This document shows positions 35,644-46,008 of a stretch of 64,000 nt of DNA, piece by piece. The stretch is from Candidatus Spongiisociaceae bacterium. Its GTDB lineage: Bacteria; Actinomycetota; Acidimicrobiia; Spongiisociales; Spongiisociaceae. The notes under the pieces are model-generated. The model was not told the origin of the DNA. It saw only the letters and a list, made by a program, of their open reading frames with translations, and did not search any database. Position 1 is the stretch's first letter. Every line of letters begins with the position of its first letter. The stretch is from contig OZ241841.1 in the NCBI GenBank assembly GCA_965202665.1, forward strand, positions 1,760,001 to 1,824,000, in the 5' to 3' direction. Made by a program: the position numbers and the translations under genes.

Positions 35644-38549
35644 TTACCGCCCGCCCCGCACTTTCGGCTCCGCCGTCCAGTGTTTGGCGAACCACGCCGC
35701 GGTCTTCTCCCGGTGCTTGGCGGGGACGCCCAGGATGTCGGCGGCGGCCAGATCCAGTTTCCTCCGGTTGTCGTCGCAGTCCGCGTAAACCGCTGGCTCC
35801 AACTCCATCCCGAACAGATCGTCGCGCCGCTCCAAGTAGGGTTCAGCGCGTGCGGCGAGTTTGGGGTCCGTGAAGTTGGGGCAGGGGATGCGGCGTATGT
35901 CTCCAATCTGTGTCCGGGTGCGTCCGGTGTGCTGACGGGAGCCCACCGCCCAGTGGTTGACGAACCCGAAGATGCTGTTCGCCCACACCGCAAACGCGAA
36001 GCGGGTTATCTCCGACCCGCCCCGCAACGGTGCCCAGACACTGCCCCCCAGCACCGGCTCGGCGGTAACGGCGGTCAAGATTTTTTGAGATGTCCAAGAC
36101 ATGTTTCGCTGATAGAACAGGTCGGTCTTGCGGGCGATTTCCCGCGCAGTCTTGTCCCTCCGATAAATCTCCCCATAGTGTGTGGGTTCGGTCAGGATAG
36201 TTACCTTGCCGCCGCCGTCGGCGGCCCACAAAGAGAGATGGGTCGTTTCCCTGCCCAACTGTCCGGGGATTCTTTCATGTATGGTAAAAGCCCCGATGGG
36301 CTCGCGGCCAACTAGATGTCCAATGAGGTGGTGAGTGGGCCCGACCTCTTCGAACAACTCTCCGATGGTCGTCATAGGAAACGCAACCAGACGTATCCCT
36401 TCCTTACTCACGACACCCGTTATCAGGTTGTGAGCGTCCGGGTAAAACCCCATCAAACTCTCCATCCCCACCCCATACCAAGGGGAACCCGGAGAGGCTG
36501 GAGGAGCGGCGTAAAAAGAACCTACCTGGTCCTCGCCGACTATCAGCGGGCCGAAGTCCCCGGGCTTCGCTTTATCCAGCACACCTACCATCGCCCGCGC
36601 TATCTCAGCGCCCGCGTTGGCGGAGGCAAGTGGGGCGTCTATATGAACGTATCCGACGCCTTCCCGCCCAGAGTTTCCCTTACGGGCGAACAATGTCATC
36701 TCCCCCATGTTGGTGTCGGCGCTTATAGACCCATCCCCTCCGAAAGCGGCGGCTATCACATCCCGGTAACACTCCTCGAACATTGCCCGCATCTTTCTGA
36801 ACGACCCTGCCGCGGCGGCGGTAAGCGGGAGTATCAGCCCCACCTTTCCCCCGTCTTTTATTTTGCGGTCGGCTATGGCCGCGAACGCGGTGCTCATGCC
36901 CGCCTTCTTGTCCCGGCAGGTTCCTTTGCTGAGACGGGCGTCCCGCTTTAGCAACAGCATTCTGTCCGAAACAGTTATACCCGGTAGGTCGTAGGCCTTA
37001 TGCCCACCTCTAGTTCCTGAATAGGGGGGGTTCATCAGCACCGCGTCGAAAGATTTATCTTCGGCGCTCACCCTGTTTATATCCCCGCCCTCAACGGGCT
37101 GGGAACCTCTGAGCTGGGAGAAGTCGTAGGTGAGCAGATGCTGTTGGGAGGAGTCTTTGTCGAGCAGTTCTATGGAACCGCAACGCACATCGTCCGTACC
37201 CGCCGGGGCGGTTTTAGTCTTTCCCAGTTTCATCCCGCCGATGTTGGTGTCGTGGTAGGCGGTTTCCGGTTGCAGGCCGACTATCCCGGCGGCGGTGAGG
37301 TGGACGGCTATCGGGTTGATGTCCAACCCGCACAACCCGCTCTCCATCATCCGCCGGTGGAACTCCCCCATGTCCGGGGGGGGGGGGGGGGCTCGGCGTC
37401 GGCGAGCTTTCTCAGCCGCCGATATCCGGCGCGGAGGAGTGCCCCCGTCCCGCAAGCGAAGTCGGCTATCCGCCACCGCCCGGGGTCGGAGGGGAGCCCG
37501 GCGCGGTCGGGGAGGACGGCGTGCGCCAAAAACTCGGCGTTCTCCGGTCTCGTGTAAAAAGCCGCCGATTTTTTCCGCTCGCCGCCGTCCATCACCCTGG
37601 CGAACACCTCCCCTCCGATGTTGGCGGTCTTCCCCAGCAACTCGCCCTCCACCGCGGCAACCGCTTTATCCAGGTTGGCGAAGACGCCCCGGTAGTCGGG
37701 GGAGGACATCACCTGCGGATAGCATTCTACGGCCACATCGAAGATGGAGCGGTAGTTCTCCTCCAACACTAACTTCCAGGCCTCCTTCACTTTGCGGCCG
37801 TCCAGTCCCCCCTGGGTGCGGCAGGCGTCGACCGACTTGTAGGGTTTCCCGGCACGGGACAACTCGTTGAGGATGAGTAGCGAATCGAACCAGACGACGC
37901 ACGCCACCCGCAGCCCCGCCTCCGGGTTGCCCGGATAGCCCATCCTCGCGGAGATGCGCTCCACCTCTCCGGGGTGTTTGCGGAGTGCCCCTCTCAGCGC
38001 GGCGGCGGCGGCCGAAACGTGGAACGCCACCGCCACCCCCGCCTTGGTTATTACCGAAACATCGGCGGAGGAGTTCTCCACGCTGGACGCAAAGTCGGAG
38101 ATCGTTCCGGTCAGGTAACCGGCCTTCGGCCAAACTACCGTCCCCCCGCCCCTGGCTTTGGTGATGAACTTCCATCTGACCTCAGCGCCCTTCAAAAACT
38201 CGGCTTCCATTTCGCTCCGAGGCCAATCTTTGGCCTCCTGGGGGTAGCGCACCGCAATCCCCTTGCGGACATACTCGCCGTTGCTCCGGCTCGGCTTATC
38301 AGAAAGCGGTGCCACCCCCAGTTTCTTCTTGGCGTCCTCCACCGGGTCGTCGGCGACGTCGCTCTCCTTGCACTCCACCAGCATCGGCGGGTGGGCGGGG
38401 AGCGTCAGCAGCACATCCGGTTTTATCTGCCTCCCTTCGAACATGTCGCCAGCTTTGCGGTCGTCCGCCACGACATCGGCGGGATCCCACCCGGACACCC
38501 GGAGCAGGGCGTCTCGGAAGCTGACGTTGATGTACGTCTCGGCGGCCAT
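35644..38549 (-). CDS. Type IIG-like restriction-modification fusion (PD-(D/E)xK nuclease, N6-adenine MTase, TRD), split by a frameshift in a C16 tract
   Basis: 5' ORF: KPDVLL..LVECK, AFYTRPE, DFACGTGALL; 3' ORF: GLDINPIAVHLT, VLMNPPY; the frames join if the tract is C14 or C17. Confidence 0.85.
37376..37391. repeat. G16 homopolymer (C16 on coding strand), candidate slippage tract
   Basis: tgtcc-G16-ctcggc located exactly at the frame switch. Confidence 0.9.
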
Positions 38550-39462
38550 CAGGAAGAGCACTGGGGGTCGGGGAGTTGCGCGGCCAGGTTGTGGAGTGAC
38601 TGAGCCGCCTCATTGTCGCCCCTGCCTCTCGGCGGCGCGGATGTTGGCCTCGATGGCATGCTGGGTAGATACCTGCTCGTAGCCTCGGCCGCTCTCGCGT
38701 CCGATGCGCATCCCATCCTTAAGGCCGCTCCGGTAGCCCGCCCGTAGTCCTGGGCGGGGGGCGGTTTCCGGTTGTCTAACGGCGGCCTGGGCGGGTTGTC
38801 CGCTACTGGACGGGGGTCGTCCTCCGGTTCGTATTCGACGACCGGGAGTACGGCGGGGGTTACCCGAACGGCGGCGGTTAGGGGGAGAATAGTCCGGGAG
38901 TCGTAGAACCGAATCCAGACGCGGCGGGGATTTCCCGTTATCCGCAGTCCTCCGTTCAGCCGCCCGCCAAAGGCGGCGGGGGGTTCGTCCTGGGCGGCCT
39001 GTTCGGTAGCGACCGGAGTCGTCCGGGCGGGAGTCGCAGTCGCCATCGTTCGTCCTTTCCACCGGGGGCTATCCGGTGCGGGTTCGGCGACGGAGGGCTA
39101 TCCCGCCGTCCGTTATCGCAGAACATTAGCCGATTCGGCGGCGGGGCGTAAAGTCGGCGTGGTTCGTCCGGAGTTGTCCGGGCTCGTAACACCGCCGCAG
39201 TCCGCCGATGCGGGCGGTTACCGGTTTCGTCCTATAACCCACCGAGTTCCCGCCGTCCGTTTTCTCGGGTTCGTTATTCGCCGCGGTATGTATATACCGG
39301 ATTACAAGGCCGTTTGTACCGGGGTATCCAGTTGTCGTATTCGTCGGTGACGTAGGCGGCCGCGTCCGCGGCGTAGGCGGCGGCCGCTTTTCCGCAGTCG
39401 TTGATTCCTTGTACTTGTTGCGGATCTGTACCCTATCTTCCTTTCTTTCTTGCTCGTTCGGT

Positions 39463-40662
39463 CTAACGATTGGGGTGTGGTGATGCGGGCGGGGCGGGGG
39501 GCGGGGGGAGGCCTTCCAGGATTTTGGCGATGCGGCCGGTGCAGGTTTCGGCCGCGGCGGGCGGGACCAGTTCCACTAGGCGGGCCGCTATTTGGGTGAT
39601 GCGGCGGGCGGCGGGGCCGTCCGGGCGGGCGGCCATGATGGGCGAGCCTTCGTCCGCCCCCCGCCCCAACTCCGGGTCCAGGGGAATCCGCCCGATCAGG
39701 GGGACGCCCAGCCAGTCGGCCAGTTCCCGGCCCCCGCCTTCCCCGAACAGATGGTGCCGCTCCCCGTCCGGCGCTTCAAAATAGGACATGTTTTCTATCA
39801 CCCCCACCACCGGCATAGCCGACCGGCGGGCCATGTCCGCCACCCGCACCGCCACCTTCTGGGCGGTTTTGGGCGGGGTGGTGACCACCACCATCTCCGC
39901 CTGGGGCAACATGCGGGACAGGGCCATCTGAATATCCCCGGTGCCGGGCGGCATATCTATTACCAGATAGTCCAACTCCCCCCACGCCACCTGCTGCAGA
40001 AACTGCTCCAAGGCTTTGGACAGCATCAGGCCCCGCCACATCAGGGCCGTTTCCTCCGATTCCACGATCAGGCCGGTGGACACCACTTTTATCCCATGCG
40101 CCGTCGCCGGGGTCATCAGCCGGGTGTCCGGGTCGGCCTCGATCCGCACCTGCGGGACTTGCGCGCCCAGCATGCGGGGAACGGAAAACCCCCAGATGTC
40201 GGCGTCCAGCAACCCCACCCGGAAGCCCAGCCCGCGGATGGCCAGGGCCAGGTTGACCGAAACCGAACTTTTGCCCACCCCCCCTTTGCCGCTGCTCACC
40301 GCCAGCACGCGGGTGGAAGTCGCCACCTGGGTGGGGGCGGCGTTTTCCCGGACGCGGCGGCGGGCGGTTTCCATCAGTTCGGCCCGTTGCTTTTTGGTCA
40401 TCGCCCGGGTTTCCACCGCCACCCGCTCCACCCCCGGGATGGCCCCCACTTTGCGGCGGGCGTCGTTTTCTATCTGGGAGCGCATCGGGCATTCGGCGAT
40501 GGTCAAAGCCAAGCCGATGGTCACCTCCCCCTCCCGGATGCGAACCTCCCGGATCATTCCCAGATCCACCACGTCCGAACCCAGTTCGGGGTCGAACACT
40601 CCCCGCAGGGCTTCCATCACCTGGTCTTCGGACACCGTCCTGGTCTGCGGGGGGCCTTTCAT
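39463..40662 (-). CDS. mrp: Mrp/NBP35 (ApbC) Fe-S carrier ATPase with N-terminal DUF59 domain
   Basis: VFDPELGSDVVDLGMI..ECP; SGKGGVGKS, DADIWGFS, WRG, IDMPPGTGD, ENMS. Confidence 0.92.
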   Translation of the reverse strand: MKGPPQTRTVSEDQVMEALRGVFDPELGSDVVDLGMIREVRIREGEVTIGLALTIAECPMRSQIENDARRKVGAIPGVERVAVETRAMTKKQRAELMETARRRVRENAAPTQVATSTRVLAVSSGKGGVGKSSVSVNLALAIRGLGFRVGLLDADIWGFSVPRMLGAQVPQVRIEADPDTRLMTPATAHGIKVVSTGLIVESEETALMWRGLMLSKALEQFLQQVAWGELDYLVIDMPPGTGDIQMALSRMLPQAEMVVVTTPPKTAQKVAVRVADMARRSAMPVVGVIENMSYFEAPDGERHHLFGEGGGRELADWLGVPLIGRIPLDPELGRGADEGSPIMAARPDGPAARRITQIAARLVELVPPAAAETCTGRIAKILEGLPPPPAPPASPHPNR

Positions 40663-40812
40663 ATCCGCCAGGTTATCCCATCCGCGCCCCCCAAATTCCG
40701 TTCGCCCGCCCGGTTTCCCGTCGCCGGTCGCCGCCGGAGGCGGAAAAGGGGTTATAATGGACGGCGCAGATAGGCCCGCGTTAGCGCAGAATGCGGACCG
40801 AGGAGTGAAATC

Positions 40813-41175
40813 GTGGAACAACTGGTAACAATCGCCCCCCGGAAGACGGAGCGCGCCGTGACCCTCACCCCCGGCGCGGTGGACAAGATCCGGGATTTGC
40901 TGGCGGCGGAAGACGACCCCGGCCTGTCCCTGCGGATGGCGGTGCGGCCGGGCGGATGCTCCGGTTTCTCCTACGAGATGTTTTTCGACTCCGACCGGGG
41001 AGCGGACGACATCGTGGAAGACTTCGACGGGGTGGCGGTGTTGGTGGATTCGCAGAGCGCCGGCCTGTTGCGCGGGGCGGTGCTGGACTATCAGGACGGC
41101 CTGATGGGGGCCGGGTTCGCCATCAACAACCCCAACGTGTCCCGCTCCTGCGGTTGCGGCAACAGCTTCAGCTGA
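40813..41175 (+). CDS. erpA: A-type Fe-S carrier (ErpA/IscA)
   Basis: GGCSGFSY..LDY..GF.INNPN..SCGCGNSF. Confidence 0.9.
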   Translation: MEQLVTIAPRKTERAVTLTPGAVDKIRDLLAAEDDPGLSLRMAVRPGGCSGFSYEMFFDSDRGADDIVEDFDGVAVLVDSQSAGLLRGAVLDYQDGLMGAGFAINNPNVSRSCGCGNSFS

Positions 41176-41267
41176 ACCGACCCCGCTTCCCAAAACGGGC
41201 GCCCGCTGGTTTCATCCCCCCGGCGGCGGGTATTCTTGCCTGCTGAAACCCGTGAAAGGAGGCGGTT

Positions 41268-41660
41268 ATTCCCAAGCGCATACTCCCCACCCCCAGCGCC
41301 CCGCCCGCTATGGCCCCCTATTCGGTGGCGGCCCGGGCCGGGAGGCTGATTTTCATTTCCGGCCAAGTGGCCCTCAAACCGGAAGGGGGCCGGGCCGGCG
41401 AAGACGTCGTCGAGCAGACCCGGACGGTGATGGACAACATCGGGGCCCTGCTGGGCGACCTCGGGTTGGACTTCTCCGACATCGTGAAAACCACCATTTT
41501 TATGGCCGACATCAACGACTATGCGGCCATCAACGAAGTTTACGGCGGGTATTTCCCGGCTGACCCGCCCGCCCGGTCGGCGGTGCAGGCGGCGGCCCTG
41601 CCGGGGGGATTCCGGGTGGAAATAGAGGTGATCGCCGCCGCCCGCCCCGACTCCGGCTGA
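41268..41660 (+). CDS. ridA: RidA/YjgF enamine deaminase (probable ATT start)
   Basis: APYS..ISGQV..VKTTIF..NEVY..PPARSAV..LP..VEIEVIA; AAGGAGG 5 nt before an in-frame ATT at 41268. Confidence 0.85.
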   Translation: MPKRILPTPSAPPAMAPYSVAARAGRLIFISGQVALKPEGGRAGEDVVEQTRTVMDNIGALLGDLGLDFSDIVKTTIFMADINDYAAINEVYGGYFPADPPARSAVQAAALPGGFRVEIEVIAAARPDSG

Positions 41661-41671
41661 AACCGCATCGG

Positions 41672-43195
41672 GTGATGACGGAGGAGCGGGTCCTCGCCGC
41701 CCTGGGCTTGGGTGAAAGCCATTCGGGGGTTTTCCACGGGGTTTGGGCGCCGGGCGGGGGGGAAACGGTGCCGTCCGTCAACCCGGCCACCGACCGGACG
41801 TTGTGCCGCATTTCCTTAGCCGACGGCGATGATTACGACCGAACCGCGGAGGCGGCGGCGGAGGCTTTTCGCAAATGGCGCCTGATTCCGGCCCCCGCCC
41901 GGGGCGAGCACATCCGCCGCATCGGCTTGGCCCTGCGCGCCCGCTGGGAGGAACTGGGCGCCCTTATCACCTTGGAAACCGGCAAGATTTTGGCTGAAGG
42001 CCGGGGGGAGGTGCGGGAAATGATCGACATCTGCGACTTCGCGGTCGGCCTTTCCCGCCAACTGTACGGGTTGACGATGACTTCGGAGCGCCCCGGCCAT
42101 CGCATGTTCGAACAGTGGCATCCGCTGGGGCCGGCGGGGGTGATCACCGCCTTCAACTTCCCGGCGACGGTCTGGTCGTGGAACGCGGCGGTCGGCGCGG
42201 TGTGCGGCGACCCCATCCTGTGGAAGCCCTCCCCCCGGGCGGCGCTGACCGCGGTGGCCGTCACCCGCATCTGCGCCGAGGTGATGGAAGGCACCGGGGC
42301 GGAGGCGGTGTTCAGCCTGGCGGCGGGCGGGGCCGACATCGGGGAGCGGATGGCCGCCGACCGGCGGTTGCCGCTCATTTCCGCCACCGGTTCCTGCGCC
42401 ATGGGGCGGCGGGTGGCCCCGGCGGTGGCGGGCCGTTTGGGAAGAACCATCCTGGAATTGGGGGGCAACAACGCCATGATCGTGATGGACGACGCCGACT
42501 TGGATTTGGCGGTGCGGGCGGCGGTGTTCGCGGCGGTGGGGACGGCCGGGCAACGTTGCACCACCCTGCGCCGCCTGATCGTCCATTCCGGGATAGCGGC
42601 GGAGCTCACCGGGCGGCTGGCGGAGGCTTACCGGAGCATCCCCATCGGCGACCCCATGCGGGAGGGGATTCTGATGGGACCGCTCATCTCCGACCAGGCG
42701 GTGCGGGACATGATGGCCGCGTTGCGGACCGCCCGCGACCAGGGGGGAGAGATTCTGGCCGGGGGCCGACAGACGGCCGTTGAAGGTTTGGCCGACCGGT
42801 TCGTAACGCCCGCCCTGGTGCGGATCGGCCGGGAAGCCCCCATTCTGGCCGAAGAAACTTTCGCCCCCGTCTTGTACGTGGTGGAGGCCCGCTCTTTGGA
42901 AGAGGCGATTGAAATCAACAACGACGTCCCCCAGGGCTTGTCCTCCGCCCTGTTCACCGATTCGCTGGCCGGGGCGGAGCGTTTCCTGTCGCACCGGGGT
43001 TCGGATTGCGGGTTGGCCAACGTCAATATCGGCACTTCCGGGGCGGAAATCGGCGGGGCTTTCGGCGGGGAGAAAGACACCGGCGGCGGGCGGGAATCCG
43101 GCTCCGACGCCTGGAAGGCCTACATGCGCCGTCAGACCTGCACCGTCAACTGGGGCGGGGAGTTGCCGTTGGCGCAGGGAATAGAATTCGGATAG
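41672..43195 (+). CDS. ALDH7/antiquitin-like aldehyde dehydrogenase (Pcd/AmaB type)
   Basis: VGLSRQLYG..SERPGHRMFEQWHPLG, LELGGNNA, GTAGQRCTT, GAEIGGAFGGEKDTGGGRESGSDAWKAYMRRQT. Confidence 0.92.
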   Translation: MMTEERVLAALGLGESHSGVFHGVWAPGGGETVPSVNPATDRTLCRISLADGDDYDRTAEAAAEAFRKWRLIPAPARGEHIRRIGLALRARWEELGALITLETGKILAEGRGEVREMIDICDFAVGLSRQLYGLTMTSERPGHRMFEQWHPLGPAGVITAFNFPATVWSWNAAVGAVCGDPILWKPSPRAALTAVAVTRICAEVMEGTGAEAVFSLAAGGADIGERMAADRRLPLISATGSCAMGRRVAPAVAGRLGRTILELGGNNAMIVMDDADLDLAVRAAVFAAVGTAGQRCTTLRRLIVHSGIAAELTGRLAEAYRSIPIGDPMREGILMGPLISDQAVRDMMAALRTARDQGGEILAGGRQTAVEGLADRFVTPALVRIGREAPILAEETFAPVLYVVEARSLEEAIEINNDVPQGLSSALFTDSLAGAERFLSHRGSDCGLANVNIGTSGAEIGGAFGGEKDTGGGRESGSDAWKAYMRRQTCTVNWGGELPLAQGIEFG

Positions 43196-43198
43196 CCG

Positions 43199-43852
43199 AT
43201 GGACGAATCCGCCGGCCATATCGCCCCCGACTCGGTTCACGAAAGCGGCACTCCGGCCGCTTGGAACGAACGTTATTCCACCCGGGGAATGGTGTGGGGC
43301 AGAGGGCCCAACCGGTTCGTGGCCGAATTTGCGGCCGATTTGGAACCGTGCCGGGTGTTGGATTTGGGGTGCGGGCAGGGCCGCAACGCGGTGTGGCTGG
43401 CCGGGCGGGGGCATCAAGTGACCGGGGTGGACTTGTCCGAAGTGGGGATCGCCGACGCCCGCGCTTTGGCGGCGGAAGCCGGGGCGCAGGTTGCGTTTCT
43501 GGTGGCGGATGTAGCGGAAGATTGGACCCCGCCCGCGGGAGGCTTCGATTTGGTTCTGCTTTCCTATCTGCAACTCCCGGAGGCGCGGCGGCGGGCGGTC
43601 CACGCCAAAGCGGAGCGGGCCCTGGCCCCGGGCGGGCGGGTGTTCCTGATCGCCCACCATTCCGACAACATCGCCCACGGAGCGGGCGGCCCGCCCTATC
43701 CGGAGGTGCTGTTCGGCGAATCCGACCTGGCCGCCGACTTCGCCGGCCTGGAAATCTTGCGCAACGAAAAGGTTTTCCGACCGGTGGAAGGCGAAGACGG
43801 TTCGACGCGCGACGCCCACGACATCCTGTTCGTAGGCCGCAAACCGGCCTGA
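43199..43852 (+). CDS. Class I SAM-dependent methyltransferase
   Basis: WNERY..W..PN, VLDLGCGQGRNAVWLA, VTGVD. Confidence 0.88.
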   Translation: MDESAGHIAPDSVHESGTPAAWNERYSTRGMVWGRGPNRFVAEFAADLEPCRVLDLGCGQGRNAVWLAGRGHQVTGVDLSEVGIADARALAAEAGAQVAFLVADVAEDWTPPAGGFDLVLLSYLQLPEARRRAVHAKAERALAPGGRVFLIAHHSDNIAHGAGGPPYPEVLFGESDLAADFAGLEILRNEKVFRPVEGEDGSTRDAHDILFVGRKPA

Positions 43853-44050
43853 CCGGGGCGGCTTTTCGCCCGCCGCGCCGCCCCGTTTCCCGCCTGATTT
43901 TGAGGGTTGCGGGCGGGGCGGCTAAAATGCGCCCGAAACATCCGGAGCGCCCTCCGGGTGCGTTGACTGCGGGGCGCGTCGGCGGCGGACAAGGGGCGCG
44001 CCGTCGTCTCCCCAAGACGGCCCTGCAAATGGAAAATCAAGGAGGACAAA

Positions 44051-45085
44051 TTGTCTTATCGCGCCATGTACATTTGGTCGGACGGCACCGAACCGACGCC
44101 TTTGTTGCGTTCCAAGACCCACATCTTCCCGGACGGGAAAGACCCGGTGGTTTGGGGTTTTGACGGGTCCAGCACCATGCAGGCCCCGGGGGACGAGTCG
44201 GACGTGGTGTTGAACCCGGTGAAAGTGGTCCCCGACCCGTTGCGGGGCGGCGACGACGTGCTGGTGCTGTCCGAGTGCCTCACCACCGACATGAAGCCGC
44301 ACCTGACCAACACCCGCGCCGCCTGCATGGAAGCCGCCGAGCGCTACAGCCATCACAAGACCTGGTTCGGCATGGAACAGGAATACACATTCTTTCAGGA
44401 CGGCGGCCCGCTGGGGTTCCCGCGGCGGGGCTTTCCCGGACCGCAGGGTCCCTACTACTGCGGGGTGGGCGCCGGACGGGCGGCCGGACGGGAAATCGTG
44501 GACAAGCACAGCCAGGCCTGCATGGACATCGGCCTGTCCATAGTGGGCACCAACGCCGAAGTGCTGGTCGGGCAGTGGGAGTTTCAGATCGGCCCGTTGC
44601 CGGTGGAGGACATGGCCGACCAGTTGGTGCTGGCCAGGTGGCTGCTGTTGCGCATCGCCGAAGACTACGGAGTGGAAGTCAGTTACGACTCCAAGCCGGT
44701 TCCGGGCGACTGGAACGGGGCCGGATGCCACACCAACTTCTCCACCCTGGAGATGCGGGAAAACTACGACGCCATCATCGAGGCCTGCGAGGCCCTCGGC
44801 CAGCCGGACCGGGTGGGTTTGCACATCGCCAACTACGGGCACGGCATCGAAGACCGGCTGACCGGCCATCACGAGACGCAGCGTTACGACACGTTCTCCT
44901 ATGGCGTGTCGGACCGGGGGGCTTCCATCCGCATTCCCTGGCACGTCCCGCATGAAGGCGGCGGCTATGCGGAGGACCGCCGCCCCAACGCCAACTGCGA
45001 CCCGTACCTGGTTACCCGGCTCATCACCGAGACGGTGTGCGAGGCGATCGAGGCCAAAGAACGCGCGCTCGAAGCCAAGAACTGA
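44051..45085 (+). CDS. glnII: Glutamine synthetase type II
   Basis: YIW.DG..LRSKT, WGFDGSST.QA, GMEQEY, QGPYYCGVG, GDWNGAGCHTNFST, DRGASIRIP, EDRRPNANCDPY; 344 aa. Confidence 0.92.
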   Translation: MSYRAMYIWSDGTEPTPLLRSKTHIFPDGKDPVVWGFDGSSTMQAPGDESDVVLNPVKVVPDPLRGGDDVLVLSECLTTDMKPHLTNTRAACMEAAERYSHHKTWFGMEQEYTFFQDGGPLGFPRRGFPGPQGPYYCGVGAGRAAGREIVDKHSQACMDIGLSIVGTNAEVLVGQWEFQIGPLPVEDMADQLVLARWLLLRIAEDYGVEVSYDSKPVPGDWNGAGCHTNFSTLEMRENYDAIIEACEALGQPDRVGLHIANYGHGIEDRLTGHHETQRYDTFSYGVSDRGASIRIPWHVPHEGGGYAEDRRPNANCDPYLVTRLITETVCEAIEAKERALEAKN

Positions 45086-45118
45086 GCAACGCTACGGGGT
45101 GTGAAACAGGGGGTTTTA

Positions 45119-45157
45119 GCCGGGGGCCGGTCGCCAAGGGCCGGCCCCTCGGCTTTT
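45119..45157 (+). terminator. Intrinsic terminator after glnII
   Basis: gccgggggccgg..ccggcccctcggc followed by tttt. Confidence 0.6.
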
Positions 45158-45171
45158 GGATAGGGGACGGC

Positions 45172-45828
45172 TCAGCTGGTCCCTTGCAGGATTATGTTGC
45201 GGATGTCATCCGCCGCCAAGTCGAACCCTTCGGCTTCGGCCCGGAATTTGAGCAGGGCGGTGCGGCGCAACTCCCCGGTGTCGGGGGCCCGCAGTCCCTG
45301 CAGCACTTCGCTGGCCGCGGCGGCGATTTGCAACGAAGACTGCTGGGCGAATTGGTGGGCTTCGGACAGGCCGGTAACCGAGGCGGGGGGCGTGCGCAGG
45401 TCCACCGTTTGGCTGAACACCAGGGCCCTCGCCTCCAGTTCCTCCATGGCGGATTCGGTTTCGGAGTAGGTGGCCCCGCTTTCACTCCGGTTGTCCCAGT
45501 CGGCGTTGGCCCGGTCCATGTCCACCACCAGTTCGGCCAGGGTGGCCTGGTCCTGGGTGAGGTTGTCCAGGTAGGTTTGCAACTCGGCGGACAGCAAAGT
45601 GGTGGTGGTAGTGGACGGCTCCGCAACCGCCCCGTCCCCGGAGGCGGCGGTGGTGGCCACCACGGTGGTGGCGTCGGCGGCGGTTGTGGTGGTGGTGGAA
45701 GGGGGCGTGTCCTCGGGGATCTCGTCGGAGGTGAAACGCTGCACGAAAAACCAGGTGAATGCCACCATGCCCAACACCACAATGGGGAGCACCCACCGTC
45801 CGGGTTTGGGATCTGGGTTTCGGTACAT
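45172..45828 (-). CDS. Membrane-anchored hypothetical protein
   Basis: MYRNPDPKPGRWVLPIVVLGMVAFTWFF, Thr-rich linker, helical domain. Confidence 0.7.
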   Translation of the reverse strand: MYRNPDPKPGRWVLPIVVLGMVAFTWFFVQRFTSDEIPEDTPPSTTTTTAADATTVVATTAASGDGAVAEPSTTTTTLLSAELQTYLDNLTQDQATLAELVVDMDRANADWDNRSESGATYSETESAMEELEARALVFSQTVDLRTPPASVTGLSEAHQFAQQSSLQIAAAASEVLQGLRAPDTGELRRTALLKFRAEAEGFDLAADDIRNIILQGTS

Positions 45829-46008
45829 CGCCTTTAACCATAGTGGCCGGTTCGCGCCAAACAGGATACTAGTTGAAATCGTCCGCGCCGGGCATATCGG
45901 CAATGCGGATAAGGGGAAGGCTTGGAACGGAGGCCGGGTCCCGGTTTGCCGGCTTCTGTCGCAGACGGGTGATATTCTGGATGGCGCGTCCCCGACCCTA
46001 TGGCGGCT

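Noticed and set aside
33595-39462. att sites, integrase or tRNA bounding the defence island
   Set aside because: No flanking direct repeat, integrase or tRNA found by eye.
44051-45085. Eukaryote-like GSII as horizontal transfer from a host
   Set aside because: GSII is established in actinobacteria such as Streptomyces and Frankia, and codon usage matches the genome.
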